In this document: positions 14,301-36,427 of the stretch, piece by piece
Numbering within the stretch: the first letter of the stretch is position 1
Layout of the letters: each line of letters opens with the position of its first letter
Source: Balanoglossus misakiensis
Lineage: Eukaryota; Animalia; Hemichordata
Direction of reading: 5' to 3'
Assembly (NCBI GenBank): GCA_040954595.2
Contig: CM082581.2
Span: forward strand, 9,217,878-9,281,877
DNA: 64,000 nt
Translations under genes and position numbers: made by a program
The notes under the pieces: generated by a model
What the model saw: the letters and a program-made list of their open reading frames with translations, nothing else
Told to the model about the DNA's origin: nothing
The model's database searches: none

Positions 14301-15583
14301 ACGAGGATAACCTGTAGAGGGCGGGCAACAATTGGGATAGGTGTCACACGGACTGTTGAAAAATGGCAAGGAAAAGTGACGTCAGGGTCGAGAGGGCCAG
14401 TTTTGCATAAGCGTGCCCCTGTGAGAGCATTATTCATCTATAGTATAGTTGCACGTGTTCAAGGAATTCGACGCCAACTGCAAACATTCTAGGTTATTTT
14501 GCATTCTTCCACGCTGCAAAGCGTACAAAGGGGAAAAAGACGTGCGTCATCCAATTGAGTTTTGGGTTAGTTGCCAAAAGTATGCATAGTGCTCAAAGGG
14601 TGTACATAGATTTGATGCTATTACAGTACATGTATTTAATAGACTAGTTTATTCTGCTCAAGGTAATGTACTGGTGCAGAAACACATTTTAACTGTAATT
14701 TCACGGTACATTTTAGCTGTGTATAGTAAACTATTCTCCACTGACATTAAAATGTCATATTCATGGGAAGTACTAACTCTGAAAGACAATGCTCTACAAG
14801 ACATTATTTGATATGGTTCCAACTTTAATCTGGTACAGTTACAAAAAGTTAAAAATTCGGAAACCATCATTTTGACATTCAAACTCTAATCTGCAATGTC
14901 TAGACTTGGGTTTGTAGTCATAAAAATATAAAAACCCTGAACTGTAATTTTTTTAAAGACCACAGAAAAATATAGTCATATGTATCAAGATAAGACTTGA
15001 GATTCCTCACATCTCTTGTGTGTACTTCAAAACTAGTTATGACATATAGATGAAAGACAGTAAATCTTCGGACTAAATGACTCAAGGTTCAAGGGTGTAA
15101 GCAAAAGCCAATAACGTAATCCACCCATCAAATACCAAGGTGATAAGTACAATAGTTCCGCAGCTTTTGCAGTGGATTGACACACACATGTACATGTACA
15201 TGTACGTACAACACAAACAATTCCCTGAAGCTCCGACACACCAAATGGCAGTTAAATCCCCGGAATCGACATACAGCTCTATTTAGTGTAGTAAACCACT
15301 ACTGGGCACTCTTCCCCTACCTTTAACACATTGATATGTCACAGTTTGCTTTCATGGAATGCATTTTGGTAGCTGCCAATCTTGTTCACCTCCCCACACT
15401 TGACTAAAATCAGACTGAACACTTGTCTTTCTCTACTTTAGTAAGATCTAATTTAATTTGACAGAGGAACATCCGGACTCAAAATCGCCCAATGGCAATT
15501 CCACGGACGGCAAATATAACTCTGCTGTCAGACTGGCCTACATTGATTAAACCACCACAAGGTGCAATTGATGCCATCGACTG

Positions 15584-18075
15584 CTAGGAGTCACTGGACG
15601 CTATGTCTTTCAGTTTCTGGACGAGATCCACGCTGGTCACTTTGTTGGTGTACTCGGGCGGGTAGAGCGCGGCCCCCATGTGAATTGTGGAGTTGCGGTA
15701 AAGCATGGCAGAATCCTGAGATCTCCTGGCCGAGCAGTGATATTCGTGCGCTCCAGTTTCCTGGAGGATTCGCTTTAAGTTCCGGTCCGTTATCCCGCCA
15801 CCTTCGGAGAAACGGCAGATGAGAAAATAGGGGGGGGGGGGGGGGGGGGGGGGGGAAGACAGCCAAGTGAATTCCATAGCCAATCTACAGAACATGTAGA
15901 TTGACTGAATACGTGTAGGTCCATGCGTGTGGACTAGAGAGCGGTCCCAGTGAAATGAGCAGTGGTTTCCCCCTGATGATCAGTAACCCTTCAAGACAGT
16001 TGAAGAGAGCCTACCGATTACCTTCAATGGATATGGTCACCACCAATGCAAATTTAGCCACAGTTACCATGGAGAGTGGAGATCTAGCCAATAACAGATT
16101 TTCACAGGGTGGCCACGTAAAAAATCAGCACCACCATTAGGTCATAAGGAGACTTAAATTACAGGCGATTGTATTCCTTTAACTAAGAATGAATAATGAA
16201 AGGTACCCCTATCTGATTCAAATCAGATGGGGGCTGGCTCGATCTTTACCTTGGCTGCTCTGCCCTCCGATGTACGCCAGTGGCGTACATCCGAGAACAG
16301 AACAGCCAAGTATCATCAGCGATAGTAAAGATCGAGCCAACCCTTCATCTGATCGTCATCAGACTGAAGGTACACATACTTACCCGGGACTATGATGATC
16401 CTTTCCCTGGCTTGCTGTATAAGCTGTTTGATGATCGGAGCCCCTTCCAAGGCAGACGAGTCGAGACCACTGGTCAGTACTCTCTCTACATGTAAACTTA
16501 TCAGGTCCTCTAATGCTTTGGTTGGATTGTTCACCATATCAAATGCTGTATACATTAAAGGACAAAATGACTTATTCTGAGAAGGGCAGACGTGTTTGTA
16601 TCTGGTTAAGAGAAGTAGCGAGTGAGCTCACCTATGATCTTTTATATTTGCACCGGGCTTTTAATGGGTTCACCACTCAAGGAGAAAGAATTTTTAAATT
16701 GAAAATCGCAGATGAATGACATTCTGCCATGAATGTGCATGAACTTGAATTGAAACAAGATGACAGTTTTCATACATGGAATAGACCCTGGTGTTAGTTT
16801 ACCTCGATGGAAAGTCACCTCGAGTGGCCGGGCTATTCCTGAAATAAAATGGAAAATATAAATAGAGCGAAAAAATGAATGAAATGTCCATTGCTTGGCC
16901 TTTTTGTGATGTTTTAAAAAAACATGGATTTGTTGATGAGTTCATCGACCCTGGAGAGACAGGGTTAGACTATGATGAGTTGACTTGAATGATAAAAATG
17001 AATGCATATTGCCGTGTGATATATAAAACATGCAATAGACTGTCACTGTATAAAACAATATTTTATGAACTTATTGTAAATTCTAATAGTTGTACTGACC
17101 TATGAACTCTTTACAACGTTCAACATCAATTCCCCCACTCCTGTAAGAAGAAAAAAAAATATGTAACATTCTTTTTTTTTCAAATTTGCACCATCCAATG
17201 GCAGTGGTTTTGTAAACGGAAAGGGAAATAGATTTCAGTTGTGAGGCAAGTAAGGAACCATGTTTGTCAGCATCACTGCAGCTGTCACACTAGCACAATA
17301 TTAAAAAAATTAAAATGTGACGTGGTTGTACAAGTACCTTGTCAATACACCAAACACTATCCCGTCCGCACCATTCTCTTTAGCCAACTGCATGTCTTGT
17401 CTCATAACTTCCAACTCATAATCTGAATAGCAGAAATCTCCACCTCGCGGTCTGATCATGACATAGACAGGTAGTGGACATACTGCCTTGATGGTTCTCA
17501 GCAGACCTGTGTTCATGTGAGTCAGGTAAAAAAGAAAGTTTATCTTTTAACACCAAATTCTATTATATGAAAAAAAATTGGAACACTATTTAATTAACCA
17601 AAGACATGCCTGTGAATAAGGATGAACTCTCCCTACCACCTACCCACCTAGGCTTGGTGTGGTCCCACCTTCCATCAAGTTGGCACACAGCTCAATTCGT
17701 GATGCCCCTGTTTGGCAGAACAATAATGAACATATCAGGAGCACAATAGGGACTGTGCGTGTCAATTATATTATGACTTTGATGCTCTCTTTGGGATATC
17801 TGTAGGCTGGGGATAAGGAATGAACAAATCAACCTTTGCTGAGGGTTAAGGGTTTGCTTTTGGGTTCTTCAAGTTGTTGCTTGAGTTCTCTAGACCAACT
17901 CAACTGCCTACTTTCTCAAAAACGCCCTCTGTGGCCATAGTCACTTAATCTTGAACAATCATGTGATTCATGATTTACCCGGTAGTGTTCATGTGTATAA
18001 TGCGTAAATAATTAAATTTTTACCTCCTTGACATGCTGCAACAGCAGATTCAACACAATCTACACACACTTCCAT
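15584..18075 (-). CDS. CUTC: Copper homeostasis protein CutC homolog, 7 coding exons
   Basis: Exons (-) 18075-18024, 17707-17648, 17506-17338, 17140-17100, 16838-16803, 16545-16384, 15801-15584, all GT-AG and phase-compatible. Spliced peptide MEVCVDCVES..GGASRIELCANLMEGGTTPSLG..VMIRPRGGDFCYS..GADGIVFGVLT..VTFHRAFD..RVLTSG..PGGGI..EYHCSA carries the CutC family motifs. Confidence 0.97.
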
Positions 18076-18414
18076 TGTGTAGCAATCTGTTAAAGAAAAT
18101 TGAATGAAAAAACTGACTTCATGCCACTCTAATCAGGTTGAACTTGCATGTTCTCTCTTACGTTATTTATAAGCTGCAGGTTTAATGTTTTTGCCAATTA
18201 AGCAAAAGAATAAAGCAATGCATACGCCTACTGTCAAGAAAAGTGGGTCTGTCCACGTGTCGGGTAGAGATTCGAGCGCGCGAAAAGTCACTGCAGTCAA
18301 ATTTGCTAAGTCACCCTGCCCTGGTTGTGCTCCACGTGCACCATTCACAGTGTTTCGCGCAGAGCACTCTCACAATTTTGTACTTGGGTAGTCGACAATA
18401 AACGTCATTCATAC

Positions 18415-18957
18415 CTGAAAGCTTAAGCCATACGGTTTAGTGGCCTATCCTCCTCTATCTCGGCTTCGTCCAAGTTAACCGCTCTGTTAACCTTGGTCGC
18501 GGCCGTGTACGTCTGTGGCTACCACCACTCAGTCTTTTAGGTTGTTGTAGGTTGCAAGCGCCAGCGTAGAATGAATACCATGTGCCAGGCCACCTCATAT
18601 ACATATAGCGGTACACGTGTTATAATGAGGTCACGCTGAGGTCACAGTTTGTCTCCCTAGGTTGTGAAAAAAATGACCATTTGTGTAATATATGTAACCT
18701 TGTGCGGAGATATACTTTTGATGACTACCGCAAACTTCTTAAAATGTATTTTCCTTTAATATATAATGGGATTAATCCATATTAAGAATTTAATACCAAG
18801 AGTAAGTCGCATAGGCTAAAGAGGAGTCCATACTTTCCAGAATATTGCGCAGTGAAAAATATTGTAGCGTAAATAAGTAGCAGTTAGGGAGTACCTAAAT
18901 AGCAGACAAACACTCTTGGTTGCACATATAGTATTGTTGGGAACTGTGTCAATTTAG
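18415..18957. promoter_or_regulatory. Putative bidirectional CUTC/COX15 promoter region with non-coding first exons
   Basis: A minus-strand donor CAG|GTATG at 18415 and a plus-strand donor AG|GTAAGT at 18957 pair with acceptors just before each ATG (~18086 and 19507). Contains a perfect DR5, AGGTCA-cgctg-AGGTCA, at 18628-18644. Confidence 0.55.
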
Positions 18958-19512
18958 GTAAGTAGAACATTGTTGTTTTCGTTGATATTATTGGGTACGA
19001 AATGATGAAAAGGAGCTTATTCGAAATGAAATGGGTGGTGTAAATCTCAGGTGCATTAGAGAGTGAATGTTTACGTGCTCACGTACACACAACTTCGTGT
19101 CATTTGTCAACAATACAAAGTGACAGTGACCTCAGCTCAGGGTTATATAGTGTAGGAACCTAGTTGCAGCGTTTGTAGCCACGATCGCTCCTTGAAAGAC
19201 GTTATTCGCGTCCTTGCCAGACAGTGTCATTCAAAGAGCATATCCCAGCTACTGTGAGAACGCAATGCAGTGAGGCCAAGTAAACCAAGGCAGACGTGGA
19301 TGGGGTGTGTTGGACGTGACCCTAGGGATGTTAATGAATTGATTATGTAGACTTGAAATTGATCATGATGTTATAAAGTTTGTTGTTCTTTCTATTAAAA
19401 TATAGCTGTCTCTATATAGCTTTCGATGGTTTTATTACCATACATTCTACAGGGTTCCACGTTGATGCAAACTAACTTGACCTGTCGTTTCAATGTATAT
19501 TTCACAGAAAAC

Positions 19513-22500
19513 ATGTTTACCCACATGTTGCTAAATGGGAGCCGTGTAGGTTTCTGTATGCAGAACAGCAATGCCTTCAGACAATGGAATTGGTCAACTG
19601 CTTTCAGACAGATAAGAAACTTCCATACACATGGCAAAGTGGTAAGTCCAGGGATACATAAGTTTGGCCTGGTCATACCGGCTAAAACGATAATGAAGCA
19701 ACTTATGTAGTCTCTTCCCACCTTCATTTATTTGTATCTGTATTACATAAATCTAACCTCAGTGTTGGAACAACATAATATAGACCCTATCAAAGTGAGA
19801 TATTCAGTCTATGATGCGTTGTCAATTTTCAGAAAGTAAAGGTAAATACATGTAACACAACTTCAAGTCAGTCGGTTGGAAGATGGTATTCAAGGTTTGC
19901 TCCTCTCTGTAGATACGGAACAGTCACTGTCAGAGTAAGTTTTCATACTTTCCAGCTTTTATCATTAGAATATGGATGTCGTCAGTAAGGCATGCTTGTA
20001 TCATAGTTTTTGAGATCACAGTGGAGCTGCTGTGCTTAGGGTCTCAGCTGACTGTGTGTTGTTCTTTTGCAGAATGCCCTTGTATCATCGGGTCGATCGA
20101 TGGCCACGTCAAGTGAAGTTGTAGCAGATAAACTGGTTGCTGGGATACCGGCGTTTGGCAGAAAGGTGGTTGGTGGTTGGTTAATGCTTTGCTCCGGTAT
20201 GGTCGTAGGAGCTGTCGTTCTAGGTGGTGTAACAAGGTATTAAGACACACCCTCTCATCATTCATTGTACTTCTAGGATTTTATAGTTTGCCTGAACAGA
20301 TCTTAAAAATGATTTGAACTTCCAAACTTCTACATGTATTGCCTCTAATTTTTTTAAGGTTGACAGAATCAGGACTGTCAATGACTGACTGGCATCTGAT
20401 CAAAGGAATGAAAGCACCAAGAAATGAAGAAGAATGGGAGGCGGAATTTGAGAAATACAAGCAGTACCCTGAATACAAATAGTGAGTACTTTTTGGCATT
20501 TAAAGCATGTTGTTTTTGCCTGAGTGAGTTGAATTTGAAAGCATGGTTGATATACTGAGTTTGACATCAAAATGAAAGTACTAGTACTGTATCAGCGACA
20601 CCAGTTTAATGAACTGATGTTGTTTTGCCATTTTTTGCCAGTTTACATCACGAGATGACGCTTGAAGAATTCAAGTGGATATTTTACATGGAATATACAC
20701 ACCGCATGTGGGGTAGAGCTATCGGAGTGGTCTTTGCGCTACCCGCCATGTATTTCTGGAAGAAGGGCTGGTTCAACAAAGCCATGAAACCCAGAGTTCT
20801 GATATATGGATCGTTACTTCTCTTTCAGGTAAAGACTTTTCACTTTAATCGGATACAATGAAATTAATTTCCAAATATTATAAGTGCCAAATCTGACAAA
20901 ATTCCTGTCTATAACATATATCAATGTGATCAAGTTCTGGATAGAAATATTTGGGGTCTTATTAATTAATTAGACATGAGACTGCATGTACATGCTGGGA
21001 GAGATTACAGAAACATATCCCAACTTTACTTTTCATGTCAGGGTTTGCTAGGTTGGTACATGGTGAAGAGTGGCCTGGAAGAACCAGAAAAAGTGCACGA
21101 TGTGCCAAGAGTCAGCCAGTATCGACTTGCCTCTCATCTGGGATCCGCCTTGCTGCTTTATGCACTGATGCTGTGGAGCGGACTGGGCCACATCCTGCCT
21201 CAAGCCAAAGTCCCAGTAAGTGTGTCAGTGCTGTTAAATGGATATCACATACTTAGTGCTTCTTTACCTGTTGTCAGATTGTATTGCATACAGTTATGTA
21301 TAGCTGTATGAAATGAATAAGCCTCACACCCATATTTTCATCTAAAGTGGTATAACTTTACCACAGAAAGCAATGGATTTGAACCAAACCATGGTGATGA
21401 AGAGGTTAAACCTCTTGGATAACACGTGTCTTTCCCATTGCAGGCAATTACAAGTCGTTATCTGCCTCTGCTCAGAAAAGCTTCCCATTTCACGTTAGCC
21501 CTAGTTTTCGTCACAGCTTGTTCTGGTAAGTTTCTTTACAGCGGTTTACACAAAATATGGCTGTGATTTGACAGTGTGTGCAATGTGTTAGATTCGCCTG
21601 ATGGCTAACATCTATACATTAAAAAGTGCATTTTATGGTTTTAGGTTTTTTTATGGTGAGAGCCTGGTTGAACAAAGTTGCACCAACACAAGTGAATGCA
21701 AGTTATTTACACAATGGTAAATGCAGAGACTTTTTCATGTGATTTTGTAATCATACATGGTCAACTCCCTGTTTCCAGGTGCATTTGTGGCTGGTTTGGA
21801 TGCTGGACTGGTGTACAACACCTACCCCAAAATGGCCAACAAGTGGATACCGGATGACATTCTTGCGTTTGAGCCCAAATGGAAAAACTTCTTCGAGAAT
21901 GCCACCACAGTGCAGTTCGATCACAGGCTCTTTGTAAGTGCCACAGATTTCAGTTGTAATTTTGGTGAACAGTTGCCAAGGGTCAGACTTCTTTGAATGA
22001 AAAAGAATGTACCAGTAGGATTATATAAATTAAACAGGCACAGGTTTTTCATGCTGTTGACGAGTGATGTCAGATATACAAATACATGTATATATGTACA
22101 AAATTCTACCTATAAACTGGTGTCTAAAAATGTCTGCATTTTATTGTGAATATGTTGTTTAAAACCATGAGATTTTCTTAATCAATGACTTAGTCAAAAG
22201 TGAAATTATCGAGCACATTCAGTAATGGTTCATATTTTCTTTCCATCTCAGGGTACCACCACAGTCAGTGTGATCATTGCATTGTATTATCTTTCAAAAC
22301 GTGTACCACTACACTCCAGAGGCAGAATGGCCATGAACTGTATGGTTGGCATGGCCTGCTTACAGGTACGTAACTCTAGTGTCTATGCTGATATTGCTCA
22401 TCCAATATCTAATTTCTAAGTAATTCCAATTATGTCAATCAAAACCAGACAGTACATGAACTGACAAATAATTCATACCTGACTTGTTTTATTTTGCAGG

Positions 22501-22631
22501 TAACCCTGGGCATCTGTACATTACTGTATTACGTACCCACCAAGTTAGCTGCATGCCATCAGTCAGGATCAGTAGCATTGCTGACTTTCACATTATGGTT
22601 TCTAAGGGAACTCAAGAAGATTCCCAAATAA
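19513..22631 (+). CDS. COX15: Heme A synthase / cytochrome c oxidase assembly protein COX15, 10 coding exons
   Basis: Exons 19513-19641, 19833-19934, 20073-20236, 20359-20481, 20642-20828, 21042-21215, 21444-21525, 21779-21933, 22252-22365, 22500-22631. Motifs [67 protein letters not shown]. The first two exons (transit-peptide-like) are less certain. Confidence 0.96.
21323..21405 (+). mobile_element. Degenerate copy of the ~85-bp TTAA-flanked piggyBac-like MITE, in a COX15 intron
   Basis: 3' part ccacagaaagcaatggatttgaaccaaaccatggtgatgaagagg|ttaa resembles 31521-31569. The 5' boundary is approximate. Confidence 0.55.
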
Positions 22632-23506
22632 ATGCCATTGGGTGGATTAATAGTAATAATGGGGTTTAGATTTTGAGAGAAGCTTGTGAGTAACAGTTAG
22701 ACAGGGGACTGTGGTAGCTGGCTTTCACCTGCTGGCCATTTTGGATGAGAGAGGATTTTTCGGTGATATCAGCCCATGAGCTATAAGGCACTGTTGAAAT
22801 AATGCACTAAAGTCCACGTTGCTTTGTAAATTCTGGTGTTTATGGCAGTGCTCCTATAGACTGGCTGGGTTGAGGATTCTGTCACACAGCCAGAATGAGC
22901 CCTCATAGACATGCATAATGATGTGACAGCGAAGGGGGTATGAGTCTGACTTTCGTATCTGTAAACATGCACCATATCGTGTTTTCTGCTGGATTTTATG
23001 GATGAAATGAACTTTGCATTGGCATATCCTTGTGTGACTTTTGAGGACAGCTTTGAGTATACATGTACTCAGTATTTCACAAGTTGGCCAGCCTCCAGCG
23101 ATTTCAGTACACGTACAGTCAAAAAACCCTGTCGAGAGTAGCCAATTTTCTTAGTATCAAGGATTAAGAAATATGCCAACAGTTATACATCATTGCCTTT
23201 TTAATGCAAATTTACCTAACTTTACCACCGGCTGCAGCTTCATGCTGTGTACAATATTATGTAGACGATGAATTATGTTTTGAATAAACTCAGACTGAAT
23301 AAACTTGTGAATTGACATGAATATGTTGGCTGAAAATTTTGTTGTGATTGAAATGAATTCCAAGGTTCCTGTACAGTAAGGATTGTGACTAAATTTCTAC
23401 CCCTCCCTCCCCCCCCCCCCCCAAAAAAAAGAAGAAGAAGAGAGAAAGCAAGTAAAAATCAGTATTGATAAGTGAAGAGTGGTGGTGGTGGTTTTTTCAG
23501 GGATGT

Positions 23507-23522
23507 GTAAAAAAACAAAAAA
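23507..23522 (-). terminator. Pol III oligo-T terminator of tRNA-Ala
   Basis: A-runs on + (T-runs on -) start about 10 nt downstream of the tRNA 3' end. Confidence 0.75.
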
Positions 23523-23532
23523 GGAAGGCCAC

Positions 23533-23605
23533 TGGAGAATCCGGGTATCGATCCCGGTACCTCTCGCATGCTAAGCGAGCGCTCTACCATCTGAGCTAAT
23601 TCCCC
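23533..23605 (-). tRNA. tRNA-Ala, anticodon AGC
   Basis: Reverse complement GGGGAATTAGCTCAGATGGTAGAGCGCTCGCTTAGCATGCGAGAGGTACCGGGATCGATACCCGGATTCTCCA (73 nt) has an acceptor stem with the G3:U70 Ala identity pair, A/B boxes and anticodon loop TTAGCAT. Confidence 0.97.
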
Positions 23606-23996
23606 TCGATGACAAGGAAGAAGGTTTAGAGGTTAAAATAATCTAGATTGATTGCAAATACGGCGCCTGCATCGTTGTTTTCTGTAATAGATAAGTCATA
23701 TAGTTATCATTTGGATTTCTAAAGATCATTATAACTGCTGTGTTGTCTAATTTTTGTGTCATGTGCCATTCAACATTCAACGCCCGGTGGCGCGTACATA
23801 GACGCTTCATGGGTGACCTCTCCCGCCAAAACGCAAAGCGACTCAGAGGGCGCCATATTGCAAACGGCGACAAAATAAACCACCTCTGCCTGTCTGGTCG
23901 GTGATCGAAAATTCAATGCTGCCGGACTCAGACCTCAATCTGGTTTGCTTGGTGTGGTAATTCCGAGTCCAGGAGATCTACCCAGCCGCTTAGATA

Positions 23997-32809
<8,813 letters not shown>

Positions 32810-34730
32810 CTCTCCAAGCCCCACCACCCCTCCACAAAGGCAGAGTACTTGCCAGCAAATGATGAAATCCATCAGAATGACAAATAGTGTTTTTATTTCA
32901 AAGACAACAACTGCCAAAGGTTGTGTACTATCCAAGTAATATGATGATATCTTCTAAATTATAGTCTCGATGTTTTATACCAGAAGTGATAGTTAGTCAT
33001 GATCATTGTGTTCTGTGGACTCAAAGTTTCATTTTATATGGATATATATGCTGGTATATTTGACTATTTTCACATTGTGAATAGCTACTTTTAACTCTGT
33101 TCAGAATCAAGCATATTGTTTGTACTCGTATCATAGCTTCTTCTCATTATTATTATTATTATCTTGCTTTCTGAAATTAGTACTTCTCTTTCACTTCTGT
33201 AAGCAGAATTTAGATTCAGTGTTTCCATGTTTATGTATTATCGACAGAGAAAGTCTGACTTTTAACTTTATGTCCAATTATTTCCACAGAATGTTTTCAC
33301 TCATTTTTAAATACCACACCCTGTTGATTAGCAATGAACTCAAGACTATAACCTTTTTTTCCTTCCCTAATAGCCAGCCCAATTTGGCCAAATTCATTAT
33401 TATTCACATGTTGTAAATGTCAAATTTTATCTTTCAAATTAAAGCAGGTAATCTAGGTTAGTTACGTAGCATAGTGAACGTGTTCTTAAAGATTCTTCTG
33501 CATGTTGTATTGTTTATGCATTGCCTTCTTCATGTTGTTTACTTGTGGTATGCATAGTTGTTGTTTTTTCTTCTCCTTTTCAGCATTAAGTAGTGTGCTT
33601 TATGTGTACTTTGGTCAATTCTGACGTATTTGTTACAATAAAATGTTCCTAATCAATCAACTTACCACTCCTCCACGGGAGTTAGTGTTGTGCTGACTGT
33701 AATGCTTGTAGCTAATGACAACTTTATGTCTTGGAAACGATGGCTGCGAAGTCTGGTTGCTACACGCCCTCAACGATACAACTTAGAAAGTAATGACGGC
33801 TAATAGGGGTACATTGCAATGTATTGTAATCATCGACTACCCGTTCGGCTACAACGTTAATCGGCGTTTTGGAATATGAATCTCTGAATACCGGTAACCG
33901 AAGAATGACCAACAATATATGGTCTGTTTCAGTACAGTTATCGGCATCCCTAGTTATTAAAAATCACCTGAACTGATTCTGTAATGATGATGTACCTGCC
34001 GCGATCTGTTAATTAGGGCCTAATACAATTACATGTAATCCCTTCGTCACCCGTACCCTACATGGGGTCAACAGAACTCGAACCCACCGTCAACGTACCA
34101 TGACTTGCATTTCTCTCTCTCTCTCTCTGCCCAGTCGCACGAGTGACCGGATTTTCACCCGTTATGAGCCATTTATAATTAATATTTCACCAGCAGTTTG
34201 CTGTACCCATGCGCGCACTTCCCATATTTATCCGTTCTTCAACAGCCAGTCGTCCATCAGGAAGCTAAATAACTATAGTCTTCTCAACGCGACCGGTATT
34301 TAAAAAATCAAAGAGTGGTTCAGAATCGAGTGAGCTATCAGACACTTTGCTGGAATTTGTAAGTACATGTACAATGTAGGCCTATAGTGCCTTGTGAGTT
34401 GACATCGATTTGTTGTGTCTACAGCAACCCGATATCTGTGGAAAGAGGACTTTGTTCCATATTCAATGTTCGATTCGAACAAAAAATGACCACTCCAAAA
34501 ATGCTGAAAAATTTAAACTTGTTCGCATGTCTATTTTGTTCTCACTGTTTAAGAAAGCGGCGAAGGAATTGTTTGTGGTATAGGGGTTCAATTCAGCATT
34601 CTAACCACGACATTATGTCTGGATCCACAGTCCAGGGACTGTGTCTGGACAGACTAGCAACGTGACATCATAAAGCGTTGTTAATTTTTTACCTCGAAAT
34701 CTCAATGCACGTAGGTTTGCAGCGGCTGAC

Positions 34731-36068
34731 ATGGCGGACACATTTGCCTACGAGTGCAAACTGAGCCCCGAGCTTCAACAGAAGGCCAAGGTCGAGCTCA
34801 ACGAAACGCCAGAAACCCGAACCGAGGGCCTGAAGAAAATGTACGAGCTGTTGCGCGCTCGTCCCGACATCACCTGCCCGACGGATGTCCTGTTCCTCCT
34901 CGGCTTTCTCCGCTCTCGAAAGTTCGAAGTGGACAGGGCCTTCAAACTGTTGGAGAATTGGTGCAAGGCGAGAACTGAGCTGGCGGAGGTTTTTACCAAC
35001 TACGTTCCGTCGAGCGTTCGGGAGCTGATAGAAAGTGAGCCCTTAACCATACTGCCAAAACCTGACCAGGAAGGCAGAAGAGTTGGCATTATGAGGCCCA
35101 GTAAGTAATATGTTTGATGAACATGAAACGCCATTTTGCTTGTTCGAATACTAAACTAAGAAGAGATGAGTACAATATGGCAAGACCAGAATTGCTTTCA
35201 ACAAGAGGTCTCGTCTTTCCTAGCAGGCTTGTTGTTTTATCAATCATTTGATATCGATATCGATCTGGTTTTCATCCGTTACTGCCACGTACTGCGACCC
35301 TAGAGAGGGCGTACTGTGAACCGTCACAACGTTGGTTATGAAATTAATTCTTTGCATGACCGTACTGAAGTATAGAAACCAGAGATTGCGAGATTTTGAT
35401 CATCATTAATGGTGCTTCCTCCTTTTGCATTACAGGAAAATGGGATGTTAAAAAATCCGATATCTGGGACCTCATGAAGGTAGGGATGATGACCTATGAC
35501 CTGTTGTTGCGAGACGAAGAAGTTCAGATCAATGGAGTGGTGGAAGTGATGGATATGGAAGGCTTCACCGTCAATCATCTGGCGCAGTTTGGTCCGCGTG
35601 TGGCAATGAAGGCGGCGCCCATTATGAACCAGGTTATAATTTATGCAAAAATCTGAATCACGATATCACCTGGGAATAGGTCGTCTGCATTTGCATATAA
35701 TTAACATGACAACAACACGTTTTGTCGTGTCTGTTTTTGTTACAGGACACAGTCCCAATTCGCATGAAAAGCATGAATGCAATAAACGAGTCTGGTCTCT
35801 TTGACGCGATGTTTGCCATCATAAAACCATTCCTGAAGGAAAAGATTAAGAAACGGGTAAGTTTGCATATATAGTATGCGAAATCACCCGTCTGGCCCTT
35901 TCTATACCATTTCCTCCACCACTGCATTTTGTTCTACTTGTAACAAATCATTGAACCTTCCACTTATTTTCAAGCTGCAGTCCCACAATTATTATTCCAC
36001 GTCCAGTTTCTTTTCACCTCTGCTAGTATACTATGTACGCGGTGTAACTCTCTCTCTCTGTGTGTGTC

Positions 36069-36143
<75 letters not shown>

Positions 36144-36427
36144 TACATACATACATACATACATACAAGATGCATGTACATGGCGAAGATCTCACAAAAC
36201 TGCACGATCAAATCTCGTCGTCCGCGCTACCGGTCGAATATGGTGGAACGGCAGTTTCAATGGAGGAAAGTGGTAAGAAGTGGGCAGACTACATGTTGTC
36301 TAAGGAGAATGAATTTCTGGCGATGAAAAATTTTGGTATAAGACGCTCGGATCTAGGAAATAAAGCCGTCGACGATGCAGCAACGATGGAAGGGATGACG
36401 GGAACATACAAAAAACTTGAGCTGTAA
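34731..36427 (+). CDS. CRAL-TRIO (Sec14-like) lipid-binding protein, alpha-tocopherol transfer protein/clavesin/RLBP1-like, 4 coding exons
   Basis: Exons 34731-35100, 35436-35632, 35746-35856, 36170-36427. Motifs AKVELNETPETR, FLLGFLRSRKFEVDRAF, EEVQINGVVEVMDMEGFT, PIRMKSMNAIN, KPFLKEKIKKRMHVHG, LPVEYGG. Confidence 0.93.
36049..36166. repeat. Compound microsatellite (CT)n/(GT)n/(CTGT)n/(CT)n(CA)n(CATA)n abutting a 3' splice site
   Basis: Seen directly; ends immediately before the AAG acceptor at 36167-36169. Confidence 0.95.

Noticed and set aside
15830-15855. Poly-G run (also 32088-32103, ~59696-59710, and poly-C ~23408-23422) as G-quadruplex or poly-Pro/Gly coding
   Set aside because: Intronic or intergenic homopolymers outside the reconstructed exons; no evidence of function.
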